Shown: positions 49,931 through 58,392, counted from the first letter of the stretch. The stretch: 64,000 nt of DNA from Elusimicrobiota bacterium (GCA_041658185.1 JBBAAR010000001.1:44405-108404); one strand, 5' to 3'. A program made the numbers and translations. Notes: a model not told the origin generated them from the letters alone.

Positions 49931-51307
49931 TTACTCCAACATTTTTTTTGCAATTCTGTTTGTCTTTTCGTAAAGTTTTTGCTCGTCGCAATTTACCAAT
50001 TTTCCATTTTTAACTACTATTTTACCGTTGACTATGGTCGTATCAACAATATCCGAATCGCCGCAAAAAAGCAAAGATGCAAGAACATCGTGAATACCGC
50101 CGGCATAACCGATTTTTTCAACGTCAAATAAAACAATATCCGCTGCCTTACCCGACTCAATTGCGCCTATGTCATCCCGTCCTAAAACCTGAGCGCCGCC
50201 GCGGGTTGCCATCCATAAAACATCTTCGGCAGGCATTGATTTTACGCCTGATTTCAAACGATGAACCAAAAGACATGTTTTTAATTCCCGGAGCATATTT
50301 GAGGAATCATTTGATGCGGAACCGTCTACCGCAAGGGAAACGGGGACTCCGTTTTCAATCATCTTTCTTACCGGCGCAATACCGCTTCCTAACCGTAGAT
50401 TTGAAACTGGACAATGCGCAACGCCAGTTTTTGTTTTCCCCATCAATTTTATTTCATCGTCATTAAGATGGATGCAATGAGCAAACCAGATATCATCTCC
50501 TAACCAGCCGACTTTTTCCATATAAGCGAGTGGTTTTAAGTTGTGTTCTTCCAGACAAAATTTTTCTTCATCAATCGTTTCGGCGATATGCGTGTGACAT
50601 TTTATTTTTTTCTTGCGGGCAAAATTTACCGTCTCCTTTAGTAACTCCGTTGTAACTGAAAACGGCGAGCAGGGAGACAGGGCAATCCGGCACATTGAAA
50701 ATTTCTCGGAATTGTGATATTTGTCCACTACCCGTTCGGAGTCCTTCATTATCTCGTTTTCCGTCTGAACCACATCGTCCGGCGGAAGACCGCCTTTCGA
50801 CTGACCTCGCGACATTGAACCGCGGGTAGGATGGAATCTAATCCCGATTTCCGATGCCGCTTTAATTTCAAAATCCAACAAATCCTTTGGCTGGTTTTTC
50901 GGAAAAATATAAAACTGGTCGGTTGATGTAGTGCATCCAGTCAGCAGCAGTTCACCCAAACCCACAATCGCCGATGTATAAACCGCATCCGGAGTGATAT
51001 TTTTCCAGACGGTATAAAGATATTTTAACCAGTCAAAAAGTTCGGCATCCTGGACTTCCCGGATGTTTCTGTAAAGCGTCTGGTACAAGTGATGATGAGT
51101 GTTGACAAATCCCGGAAGCACAACGCATTTTGAGGCATCAATAATGGTACAGGCAGAAGGCAGCGGGTGTAGGGTGGACGGTAAATTTTTACCGACGAAT
51201 TTTATTTCATTATCTTCTATGAAAATATTACCGCCGGCGATTTTTGTTCTCTTATTGTCCATTTGAACAACAAGTTTTGCATTTTTAATCAGAATGTTTT
51301 TTTTCAT
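49931..51307 (-). CDS. TRZ/ATZ-family amidohydrolase (guanine / 8-oxoguanine deaminase-like)
   Basis: FVNTHHHLYQTLYRNI, HTHIAET, LAVDGSASND. I moved the start from 51373 to ATG 51307 (MKKNILIKNAKLV) because 51310..51391 is repeat E3. Confidence 0.8.
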   Translation of the reverse strand: MKKNILIKNAKLVVQMDNKRTKIAGGNIFIEDNEIKFVGKNLPSTLHPLPSACTIIDASKCVVLPGFVNTHHHLYQTLYRNIREVQDAELFDWLKYLYTVWKNITPDAVYTSAIVGLGELLLTGCTTSTDQFYIFPKNQPKDLLDFEIKAASEIGIRFHPTRGSMSRGQSKGGLPPDDVVQTENEIMKDSERVVDKYHNSEKFSMCRIALSPCSPFSVTTELLKETVNFARKKKIKCHTHIAETIDEEKFCLEEHNLKPLAYMEKVGWLGDDIWFAHCIHLNDDEIKLMGKTKTGVAHCPVSNLRLGSGIAPVRKMIENGVPVSLAVDGSASNDSSNMLRELKTCLLVHRLKSGVKSMPAEDVLWMATRGGAQVLGRDDIGAIESGKAADIVLFDVEKIGYAGGIHDVLASLLFCGDSDIVDTTIVNGKIVVKNGKLVNCDEQKLYEKTNRIAKKMLE

Positions 51308-51309
51308 TT

Positions 51310-51391
51310 TCGTAACCGCAGATACACACAGATTGTCGCAGATAAAATCTTTTTTGAACTTATCCGCGTTCATCTGCGTTCATCTGTGGTT
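51310..51391 (-). repeat. family-E intercistronic element, copy E3 (short form)
   Basis: Minus strand: TGAaaccacagatgaacgcagatgaacgcggataagttcaaaaaagattttatctgcgacaatctgtgtgtatctgcggttacgaaaATG. Confidence 0.75.
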
Positions 51392-53011
51392 TCACTTTTT
51401 AGATAATTCCTGCAGTCTTTCGGTTGCTTTTTTAGCCCACTGGGTATCACTATATCTTTTTTTCACAATTTCATAATTTTGTTTTGCATCTTTAATAAAT
51501 CCTATTTCTTCCGATGCGCGGGCAGACATGTAATGGGATTCCGGGACATATTGTGAATCGCTGAAAAGATAAACCACTTTCAGATATTCTCGCGCAGCTT
51601 CCTTGTATTTTTTCTGCATGAAATAACAATCCGCTGCCTTTTTCTGCGCAATAGCGCCCATATCCTCGTCCGCTGTGCTCAACAATCCGTTCGTCTTCTC
51701 GGCCTTGCCGATACCTTTATTTTTAGAAATGCTTGCGGCAAGTTCATAGTTCTCAATCGCAGCAAAATAATCGCCGCTCCTTTCAAATTCGCTGCCCCGC
51801 CTAAGATACATTTCAGCAGCAGCAAGCGATTTCGGATACCTGTAAAGTATCTCGCTGTAGCATTTCTCTGCCTCAAGTGTATTACCAGTTTTTTCATAAG
51901 CAACGCCACTGTTATATTTCATCATCGCAAAAATTTCCGAGTCGGATGTTTCAAGTTTAAGTCCGATATTATAACTCTCAATTGCTTTGCGATAGTCAGA
52001 CGACTCAAGGTAACAATTTCCGATATAAAACATCGCCTCGGCATAATTTTTTGATAACGGATATTCTTCAATAAACTTTTGAAATGAATTTATGGCGACA
52101 GCCGGCACGCCGGTTTTGTAGTAAATTTTAGAGCGCAAGAAATTTGACTCTTCCGCAATATTATGCTCTGGAAAATTAGATGCAATCTGTTCAAAATATT
52201 TTGCGGCTTTATCATAATCTTTTTTTTTGTAAAAATATTCGGCAACTTGATAGGTAATTTCCGGCGAGAGTTGCGACTTCGGATATTTTTCGGAAAACTG
52301 GATGTAGACCGCCATTGCATCAAAAACGGCTCCCTCAGATTCATATACGCGGCCGACGGAGTAAAGCGCAAACTCTGCCGGCGTTGATGCAGGATATTTT
52401 GTTAAAACTTTTCTGTATGAATTTCTCGCCTGCTTGTATTTTTTTAGATTGAAATAACTGTCGCCGAGACGAAGCCATCCGTCGGCAGCATAATCGGATT
52501 TCGGATAATTCCGGACAAGCGCGGTAAAAGAAACGGCAGCTTTTTTAAAATTTTTGTTTTTGAAGTGGAGCATCCCGACCCAGTATTGTGCATCGTCGGT
52601 TATTTTTGTACCGGGGAACCGTTTTACAAAATTCAAAAAATAGTCGCGGGCTTTTTCGTAACTGTTTTTTTTATAATAAACAAGTCCGATACCGAGCCGC
52701 GCAAGCAAGGATTCGTTTGTATTGGGAAATTTTTCTGTTATGCGAACATATTCTTTAAGTGCGTCATCAAGTTGCAAAAGTTCCGACATAGAATCCGCTC
52801 TATAAAGATATGCCTTTTTCAGAAAATCTTTATCTTTCTTTGTAGCGGTAGAAATTACGGCATCAAAAGACTCAATAGCAGATTTACAGTTGCCATCTTG
52901 AAACTGTTTAACGCCTGTATTATATATCTGTTCAATGTGTGACTGGGCATAAAGACAGCAGATAGCGAATAGGAAGTAGAAAATAGCAAGAAACAATAAA
53001 CTTTTTTTCAT
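51392..53011 (-). CDS. secreted TPR-repeat protein
   Basis: Signal peptide, then more than 10 TPR-like units (e.g. AQYWVGMLHFKNKNFKKAAVSFTALVRNYPKS). Confidence 0.7.
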   Translation of the reverse strand: MKKSLLFLAIFYFLFAICCLYAQSHIEQIYNTGVKQFQDGNCKSAIESFDAVISTATKKDKDFLKKAYLYRADSMSELLQLDDALKEYVRITEKFPNTNESLLARLGIGLVYYKKNSYEKARDYFLNFVKRFPGTKITDDAQYWVGMLHFKNKNFKKAAVSFTALVRNYPKSDYAADGWLRLGDSYFNLKKYKQARNSYRKVLTKYPASTPAEFALYSVGRVYESEGAVFDAMAVYIQFSEKYPKSQLSPEITYQVAEYFYKKKDYDKAAKYFEQIASNFPEHNIAEESNFLRSKIYYKTGVPAVAINSFQKFIEEYPLSKNYAEAMFYIGNCYLESSDYRKAIESYNIGLKLETSDSEIFAMMKYNSGVAYEKTGNTLEAEKCYSEILYRYPKSLAAAEMYLRRGSEFERSGDYFAAIENYELAASISKNKGIGKAEKTNGLLSTADEDMGAIAQKKAADCYFMQKKYKEAAREYLKVVYLFSDSQYVPESHYMSARASEEIGFIKDAKQNYEIVKKRYSDTQWAKKATERLQELSKK

Positions 53012-53044
53012 ACTGAGAAATTATATAAAAAATTGGGAAATTTG

Positions 53045-54310
53045 TCAAGGCGAGCAAACAGGATTTGTAGATTCCTTTGCGATAGAACTGATTGATTTCT
53101 GATCGGTGCCGTTGGCATACATACTGAAAAGTTCATATTTACCGGTCCTGTCGGAAGAAAATATTATACGCCGGCCGTCACTGGAAAATGAGGGGTTTTC
53201 GTTTGAGCCGGAATTTTTCGTCAGTTGATATTCCTTGTTTGTGCTTACATCCATAACGTAAATATCAAAAAGCGAGCCGGTTCTTTTTGCAAATGCAATC
53301 GCACCGCCGACGGGAGACCAGCAGGGCGAATCATTATATCCGCCGTGTGTAATTTTTCTCAAATTTGTACCTTCTATATCCATAATATACAACTGCGGAT
53401 TGCCACCTCTATCGGAAACAAAAGCAAATTCATTGGAGTTGGGTGAAAAAGATGCGGCAGTATCTACCCCCCTTGAATATGTAAGCCGCTTGTTAATTTT
53501 ACCTTCCGCCGTAAAGAGATAAAGTTCAGGGTCGCCGTCTTTTGAAAGAGTGGCTATAAAATACTTGCCGTCGCAGGATGCGGAACCGGTAATGTTTAAT
53601 CCCTGATATGTGATAAAAGGAACGGATCTGTTTTTTTCGAAATCATATCTGAATATATCCGGATTGCCGTCTTTGTATGTAGTGTAATAAATGTATTTTC
53701 CGTCGGAAGAAAACTTAGGCAAAACGGAAATTGAATTATTGTAGGTAAGCCGCGTAAGATTTTTGCCGTCGTAATCAACGCACCATATTTCTTTGCTGCC
53801 AGACATAGTGTTTGAAAATGCAATTTTGGAAGAAAAACTTATCTTCTGGCCGGTAAGCGATTTTATTATATCCTCTGAAAAATTATGGGCAAGTTTTCTT
53901 GTTTCATAGTCGGCATATTTATATTCTTTGTCAAAAATTTTTTTAACAGAGACAACATCCCAGCAGTATCCGGAAAGCGTAATTTTGTTTGATTTTATTT
54001 TTGATTCAAATTTCACTATGGTATCTATTCCGTTTGCGACGGAGATATCACGGTCTGTTTTGTCAAAATCAAGTTTTTTCGCGAATAATTGATCCGGCGG
54101 CAGAGAAATTAAATTAAAAATTCCGGAATAAACAAGGTCTTCGGAAACAATTTTCTGAATATCCGAAGAGAGTTTTGAGTTATCCGTAGGGTAAATAAAA
54201 ATGTTTGTTTTTCTACCGCCGGATTTAAGTTGCAAAAAAATATCGGCACCGGAAAGGCAGGTTAAAGGTATAAGGTTAAAGGTTAAAATTAAAAAGTAAA
54301 GTTTTTTCAT
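53045..54310 (-). CDS. tolB: Tol-Pal system beta-propeller protein TolB
   Basis: Repeated PxFSPDG-type propeller blades (PKFSSDGKYIYYT, ASFSPNSNEFAFVSDRGGNPQLYIMD, PCWSPVGGAIAF, PSFSSDGRRIIFSSDRTG). Start set to ATG 54310 rather than GTG 54325. Confidence 0.85.
   Translation of the reverse strand: MKKLYFLILTFNLIPLTCLSGADIFLQLKSGGRKTNIFIYPTDNSKLSSDIQKIVSEDLVYSGIFNLISLPPDQLFAKKLDFDKTDRDISVANGIDTIVKFESKIKSNKITLSGYCWDVVSVKKIFDKEYKYADYETRKLAHNFSEDIIKSLTGQKISFSSKIAFSNTMSGSKEIWCVDYDGKNLTRLTYNNSISVLPKFSSDGKYIYYTTYKDGNPDIFRYDFEKNRSVPFITYQGLNITGSASCDGKYFIATLSKDGDPELYLFTAEGKINKRLTYSRGVDTAASFSPNSNEFAFVSDRGGNPQLYIMDIEGTNLRKITHGGYNDSPCWSPVGGAIAFAKRTGSLFDIYVMDVSTNKEYQLTKNSGSNENPSFSSDGRRIIFSSDRTGKYELFSMYANGTDQKSISSIAKESTNPVCSP
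54261..54302 (-). repeat. 6 tandem 7-nt units (GTTAAAG GTATAAG GTTAAAG GTTAAAA TTAAAAA GTAAAGT on +) encoding the TolB signal peptide
   Basis: Encodes LYFLILTFNLIPLT. Confidence 0.85.
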
Positions 54311-54415
54311 ATATTTTTTAGCCACGAATTAACACTAATTTGCACGAATAAATTCGTGCCTACAATCTTTATTATTCGCGGCCATTCGTGTCCATTCGTG
54401 GTTTATTTTTTTCAT
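54311..54415 (-). repeat. family-E intercistronic element, copy E4 (word-swapped: CGAAT/ATTCG instead of CAGAT/ATCTG)
   Basis: Minus strand: ...aaaccacgaatggacacgaatggccgcgaataa...gcacgaatttattcgtgc...ttaattcgtggctaaaaaatatATG. Confidence 0.75.
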
Positions 54416-55111
54416 TCAACTTCCTGAAAGTTCAAACATAAAATAAACACCGAGATAATCGTCGGCATAACCGGCAGGTAAAGGCGGAAACGGCGCCGAA
54501 TTCGTAATCGCTCTTATTGCTGACCTGTCTATAAAAGAAACGCCGGCGGATTCTTTTACCGTCAGATTTTCCACTTTGCCGTCTTTTAATATCTTAAAAT
54601 ATACCAAAACTTTTTTTGGGATGCTTGACGGATACGGCTCCGGATTCCAGTTTTGTGCAACCTTGTTTCTTAAAATGTTGACATAGCCCATATACGGGAA
54701 ATTGCCGGCATCAACGCCGATACCCGTGCCGTTGCCTGTGCCGCTTCCCGAAACCGTGCCGGCGCCCTCGCCTTTTCCTGTTTCTTTCTCCCACTTCAAA
54801 ACATCTTTTTTATCTATTTTTGACTTCTTTGAAACAACTTTACCTGCCACAATATCACCGGGTTTTACAACATCCCCAGATTTTTTCGCCGCCGGTATTT
54901 TTTCTGCAGAAATACCGCGGCCCGCAGAACTTCCACCTTCGCCGCCGTTTCCGCCTAAACCACCGGAGCCGACGCTACCGTAACTTGAACCGATTACCTG
55001 TATGGGAATATAATAAATTTTTGACGATGATTTGGAAACGCGGGATAAAACTAAAAAAAACAAAAAATGAACTGATATGGAAATAATAAAACCGAATTTT
55101 ATGTCTGTCAT
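54416..55111 (-). CDS. TonB/TolA-like energy-transducer (TonB_C domain)
   Basis: N-terminal TM helix, Gly/Ser-rich linker and C-terminus YMGYVNILRNKVAQNWNP...VYFKILKDGKVENLTVKESAGVSFIDRSAIRAITNSAPFPPLP. Confidence 0.7.
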   Translation of the reverse strand: MTDIKFGFIISISVHFLFFLVLSRVSKSSSKIYYIPIQVIGSSYGSVGSGGLGGNGGEGGSSAGRGISAEKIPAAKKSGDVVKPGDIVAGKVVSKKSKIDKKDVLKWEKETGKGEGAGTVSGSGTGNGTGIGVDAGNFPYMGYVNILRNKVAQNWNPEPYPSSIPKKVLVYFKILKDGKVENLTVKESAGVSFIDRSAIRAITNSAPFPPLPAGYADDYLGVYFMFELSGS

Positions 55112-55836
55112 TGAGATTTTTTGAGAGAAGAAAGATAATTCGCTGACTGTCTGGCTTCGGAGGTTTTTGGATAATTTTTAACAATATCTTCAAATAACAT
55201 AATTGCTCCCGATTCTTTTTTAAGTTTCAGAAGTGAATATGCCTTTTTCAGTTTTGCCGAGGGTATTTTTTCCGATTTCGGATAGTTTGCAATCAGTTTG
55301 TCAAAATTTTCAACTGCTTTTTCGTAATCGCCTTTATCGTAAAAACATACACCTATCCAAAACTGTGCATTTGAAACAAGCGTGCCGTTCGGATACTGCT
55401 GAATATATTCCTGAAATCCTCCGACTGCCAAATCGTAATTTGTCATAGTATAATCGGTATAGGCAGCACCGTAAATCTGGGTCGGAGTCGGCTTTGTTTC
55501 TTCCAATTTTTTTGTAACTTTTTCGGATAACAACGAAAGTTTATTTGTGAAATCCACATTCGTATCTTCAAGTTTTTGACCGAAAATCACAAATCGTTCG
55601 TTGGTCTCCTCTATTTTTGAATTTAGTGTTTTTATATTGGCATTCAGGTCTTCCATCTGAACGGATAAGTCCGCCTGATTTTTCTGCATTTCGGAAAGTT
55701 GATTCTGGAGTTTTACTATGTCAGATTGAAGATTTATAACATCTTTTTGTGTCGCAACACAACCGGAAAAAGAAAGGTAAAAAGTAAAAGGTAAAAGATA
55801 AAAGATAAAGCGGAAACCAAGAAATCTATTTCTCAT
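55108..55836 (-). CDS. cpoB: CpoB/YbgF-like lipoprotein (coiled coil + TPR)
   Basis: Lipobox LSFSGC. Coiled coil (DVINLQSDIVKLQNQLSEMQKNQADLSVQMEDL). C-terminal TPR (AQFWIGVCFYDKGDYEKAVENFDKLIANYPKS). Confidence 0.7.
   Translation of the reverse strand: MRNRFLGFRFIFYLLPFTFYLSFSGCVATQKDVINLQSDIVKLQNQLSEMQKNQADLSVQMEDLNANIKTLNSKIEETNERFVIFGQKLEDTNVDFTNKLSLLSEKVTKKLEETKPTPTQIYGAAYTDYTMTNYDLAVGGFQEYIQQYPNGTLVSNAQFWIGVCFYDKGDYEKAVENFDKLIANYPKSEKIPSAKLKKAYSLLKLKKESGAIMLFEDIVKNYPKTSEARQSANYLSSLKKSQ
55777..55810 (-). repeat. 5 tandem 7-nt units (GTAAAAA GTAAAAG GTAAAAG ATAAAAG ATAAAG. on +) encoding the CpoB signal peptide
   Basis: Encodes FIFYLLPFTFYL. Confidence 0.85.
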
Positions 55837-55862
55837 TTTAATTTTTTAACCTTTAAACTTAA

Positions 55863-56417
55863 CTATTTCTTTACAGGTTCCGTCTTCTCGGATTTTGTGC
55901 TTTCCGGGATTCTACCGAGCATATCTGCACGCCGGTTTTTTGACCAGGCCGCTTCGTCATGACCTGAGTCAACCGGTCTTTCCTCACCATATGAAATTGT
56001 CGCCATGCGGTTCCCTTTTATGCCGAGTTTCATCAGATAACTTCTCACCGATTTTGCGCGGCGGTCGCCCAATGCAATATTGTAATCCGTCGTTCCTCTC
56101 TCGTCACAATGTCCCTCAACAATAATTTCCACATCTTTATTTTCTTTAAGCCACTTTGCGTTTTGGGCAAGTATGTTTCTTGCATCAGAGCGTAATGTCG
56201 CATCATCGTAATCAAAGTAGACCGTCTCAAGTTGTGTAACCTTTTTATACTCTTTTCCCCTTAAAGACGGCTCTTCAACTACTTTTTCAACCACCTGTTG
56301 AATCGGCTCCGGTGGTCTCACAATTTTTTTCTTGGCGCAGCCGGTAAATACAGTGAATAGTGAGTAGTGAATAGTGAACAGCAAAAACAAAATTAACAAC
56401 TTGACCGCTTTTTTCAT
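55863..56417 (-). CDS. pal: peptidoglycan-associated lipoprotein Pal (OmpA_C domain)
   Basis: Lipobox VFTGC. VYFDYDDATLRSDARNILAQNAKWLKENKDVEIIVEGHCDERGTTDYNIALGDRRAKSV. Confidence 0.85.
   Translation of the reverse strand: MKKAVKLLILFLLFTIHYSLFTVFTGCAKKKIVRPPEPIQQVVEKVVEEPSLRGKEYKKVTQLETVYFDYDDATLRSDARNILAQNAKWLKENKDVEIIVEGHCDERGTTDYNIALGDRRAKSVRSYLMKLGIKGNRMATISYGEERPVDSGHDEAAWSKNRRADMLGRIPESTKSEKTEPVKK
56352..56379 (-). repeat. 4 tandem 7-nt units (AGTGAAT AGTGAGT AGTGAAT AGTGAAC on +) encoding the Pal signal peptide
   Basis: Encodes LFTIHYSLFT. Confidence 0.85.
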
Positions 56418-56513
56418 AAAACACCTCCAAAATTTATGTTTAATTCTTGTAGGATGATTTTAACTAATTTTTGAGATTTTGTCAAGAAGAATCGGGTTAA
56501 ATAATCTGTTTTT

Positions 56514-58292
56514 CTAACTTGACGGATTTTTTGCCGAGACGAGTTCTGCGAGTTCATTTTCTAATTCCGGCGGAAATTTTTTCCCGAACTGTTTGAAAAA
56601 TTTTCCGGTATCCTCTAATTCATTTTTCCAATCGGCGATTTTTACCTCAAATAGTTTTTCCAGATTTTTTTTAGGTATGTTCATGCCGCTTGTATCCAAA
56701 TCTTCTAAATCGGGCACAAGACCTACGGGTGTGGAAACCGCTTTCACTTTGTTATCTACACGGTCAATAATCCATTTCAAAACCCTGATATTATCTCCGA
56801 AACCGGGCCAAATAAACGAACCGTTTTCATCAGTCCTAAACCAGTTGACGGAAAATATTTTCGGCGGATGTGATAATTTTTTTCCTACATCAAGCCAGTG
56901 TTTGAAATAATCGCCCATATTATATCCGCAGAAAGGTAACATTGCCATCGGGTCTCTTCGTACGCCTGCTTTCAAACCTGTAGCAGCAGCAGTCGTTTCG
57001 GAACCCATTCTTGCACCCAAAAACACACCATTCTGCCAGTTGAAACTTTCAACTACGAGTGGTATAAGTTGCGATCTTTTTCCGCCGAAAATTATCGCGG
57101 ATATCGGAACACCTTTGGGATTGTCAAACTCTTTTGAGAGTGTAGCAGAATTATAAACTGAGACGGTAAATCTTGAGTTCGGATGCGCCGCTTTCGTCCC
57201 GCTTTCTTTTGTCCATTTGTTGCCCTGCCAATCAATCATATTTTCAGGCACCGCACCGTCAAGCCCTTCCCACCAAGGTTCGTTTTTGTCCAAATCAACA
57301 CCGGTATTCGTAAAAAGCGTCGGGAAAAATTTTCCCGCTTTAAGCGTTTTAATCATATTCGGATTTGTTTTAAGCGCCGTACCGGGCGCGACGCCGAAAT
57401 ATCCGGTTTCAGGATTTATCGCCCAGAGCCGCCCGTCGGGACCTATATTCATCCATGCTATATCGTCTCCGATAGTCCACACTTTGTAGCCGGGAAGTGC
57501 TGACTGCAACATCGCAAGATTTGTTTTTCCGCAGGCAGACGGTAATGCCGCAGCGATATATGTAATTTTTCCTTGCGGGTCTTCTACCCCGATTATCACC
57601 ATATGTTCGGCAAGCCAGCCCTCTTTAAGTCCGAGACAGGAAGCGAGACGCAAAGAAAAACATTTCTTTCCTAAAAGTGCATTCCCTCCGTAACCGGAGC
57701 CGATACTCCATACGAAACTCTCATCCGGAAAATGCATGATGAACCGTTTGTCCGGGTCAAAATCACCGACGGAATGAAGCCCTTTTACAAAATTTTCAGA
57801 GTTGCCTATTTTTTTGATAACATCGCTGCCCAACCGCGTCATTATTCTCATACTTACCGCGACATAACTCACATCCGTTATTTGAACGCATGCTTTGGAA
57901 TAAGGAGAATCAGGATGACCCATCATATACGGAAGAACATACATAGTCCTTCCTTTCATACAGCCGTCTGAAAGTTTTGTAAGTTTCATCTTCGCTTCGT
58001 CAGGGCGCATCCAGTTGTTGTTAGGTCCTGCCGTTTCTTTGTCGGGGTGGCACACAAATGTTAATTGTTCCGTTCTTGCAACATCAGTCGGGTGGCTTCT
58101 GTGATAGTATGCATTAGACCATGTTTTTTGATTTAACTCGGTAAATACCGGCTCGTCGTTGATTTTTTCTTCCCGCATTCCGATTCCAACGATTTCCCTT
58201 GCCTCTTTTTCGGAACCGTTACACCAATAAATTCTCTTTGGCTTTGTAAGTTCCGCCTGTTTTTCAACCCATTTCTCAAGTGGTGTGGACAT
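56514..58292 (-). CDS. pckG: phosphoenolpyruvate carboxykinase (GTP)
   Basis: 592 aa. GSGYGGNALLGKKCFSLRLAS, SACGKTNLAM kinase loop, FGVAPGT, NWFR. Confidence 0.9.
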   Translation of the reverse strand: MSTPLEKWVEKQAELTKPKRIYWCNGSEKEAREIVGIGMREEKINDEPVFTELNQKTWSNAYYHRSHPTDVARTEQLTFVCHPDKETAGPNNNWMRPDEAKMKLTKLSDGCMKGRTMYVLPYMMGHPDSPYSKACVQITDVSYVAVSMRIMTRLGSDVIKKIGNSENFVKGLHSVGDFDPDKRFIMHFPDESFVWSIGSGYGGNALLGKKCFSLRLASCLGLKEGWLAEHMVIIGVEDPQGKITYIAAALPSACGKTNLAMLQSALPGYKVWTIGDDIAWMNIGPDGRLWAINPETGYFGVAPGTALKTNPNMIKTLKAGKFFPTLFTNTGVDLDKNEPWWEGLDGAVPENMIDWQGNKWTKESGTKAAHPNSRFTVSVYNSATLSKEFDNPKGVPISAIIFGGKRSQLIPLVVESFNWQNGVFLGARMGSETTAAATGLKAGVRRDPMAMLPFCGYNMGDYFKHWLDVGKKLSHPPKIFSVNWFRTDENGSFIWPGFGDNIRVLKWIIDRVDNKVKAVSTPVGLVPDLEDLDTSGMNIPKKNLEKLFEVKIADWKNELEDTGKFFKQFGKKFPPELENELAELVSAKNPSS

Positions 58293-58307
58293 TTATATAT
58301 CTCCTGT

Positions 58308-58352
58308 GAAAAAAGCCAATACCAAAAACATAAATCCTTTATGATATTGGCT
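58308..58352 (-). terminator. terminator-like hairpin plus U-tract inside the pckG leader
   Basis: Minus strand: AGCCAATA-t-CATAAA-gga-TTTATG-tttttgg-TATTGGCT followed by TTTTTT, then cacAGGAGatatataaATG. Confidence 0.55.
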
Positions 58353-58363
58353 TACGCAGTTTG

Positions 58364-58392
58364 ATTATACAAAAAATCTAAACAAATATCAA
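58364..58392 (-). promoter_or_regulatory. sigma70-type promoter TTGATA-N17-TATAAT upstream of the pckG leader hairpin
   Basis: Minus strand: TTGATA at 58392..58387 and TATAAT at 58369..58364. Confidence 0.6.

Noticed and set aside
18112-56379. Short tandem repeats (7-11-nt units) considered as CRISPR arrays or contingency-locus phase-variation tracts.
   Set aside because: The units are far too short, are contiguous without spacers, and no cas genes are present, so this is not CRISPR. Phase variation is not claimed either, because several tracts sit in essential Tol-Pal genes. They are reported only as an unusual coding idiom.
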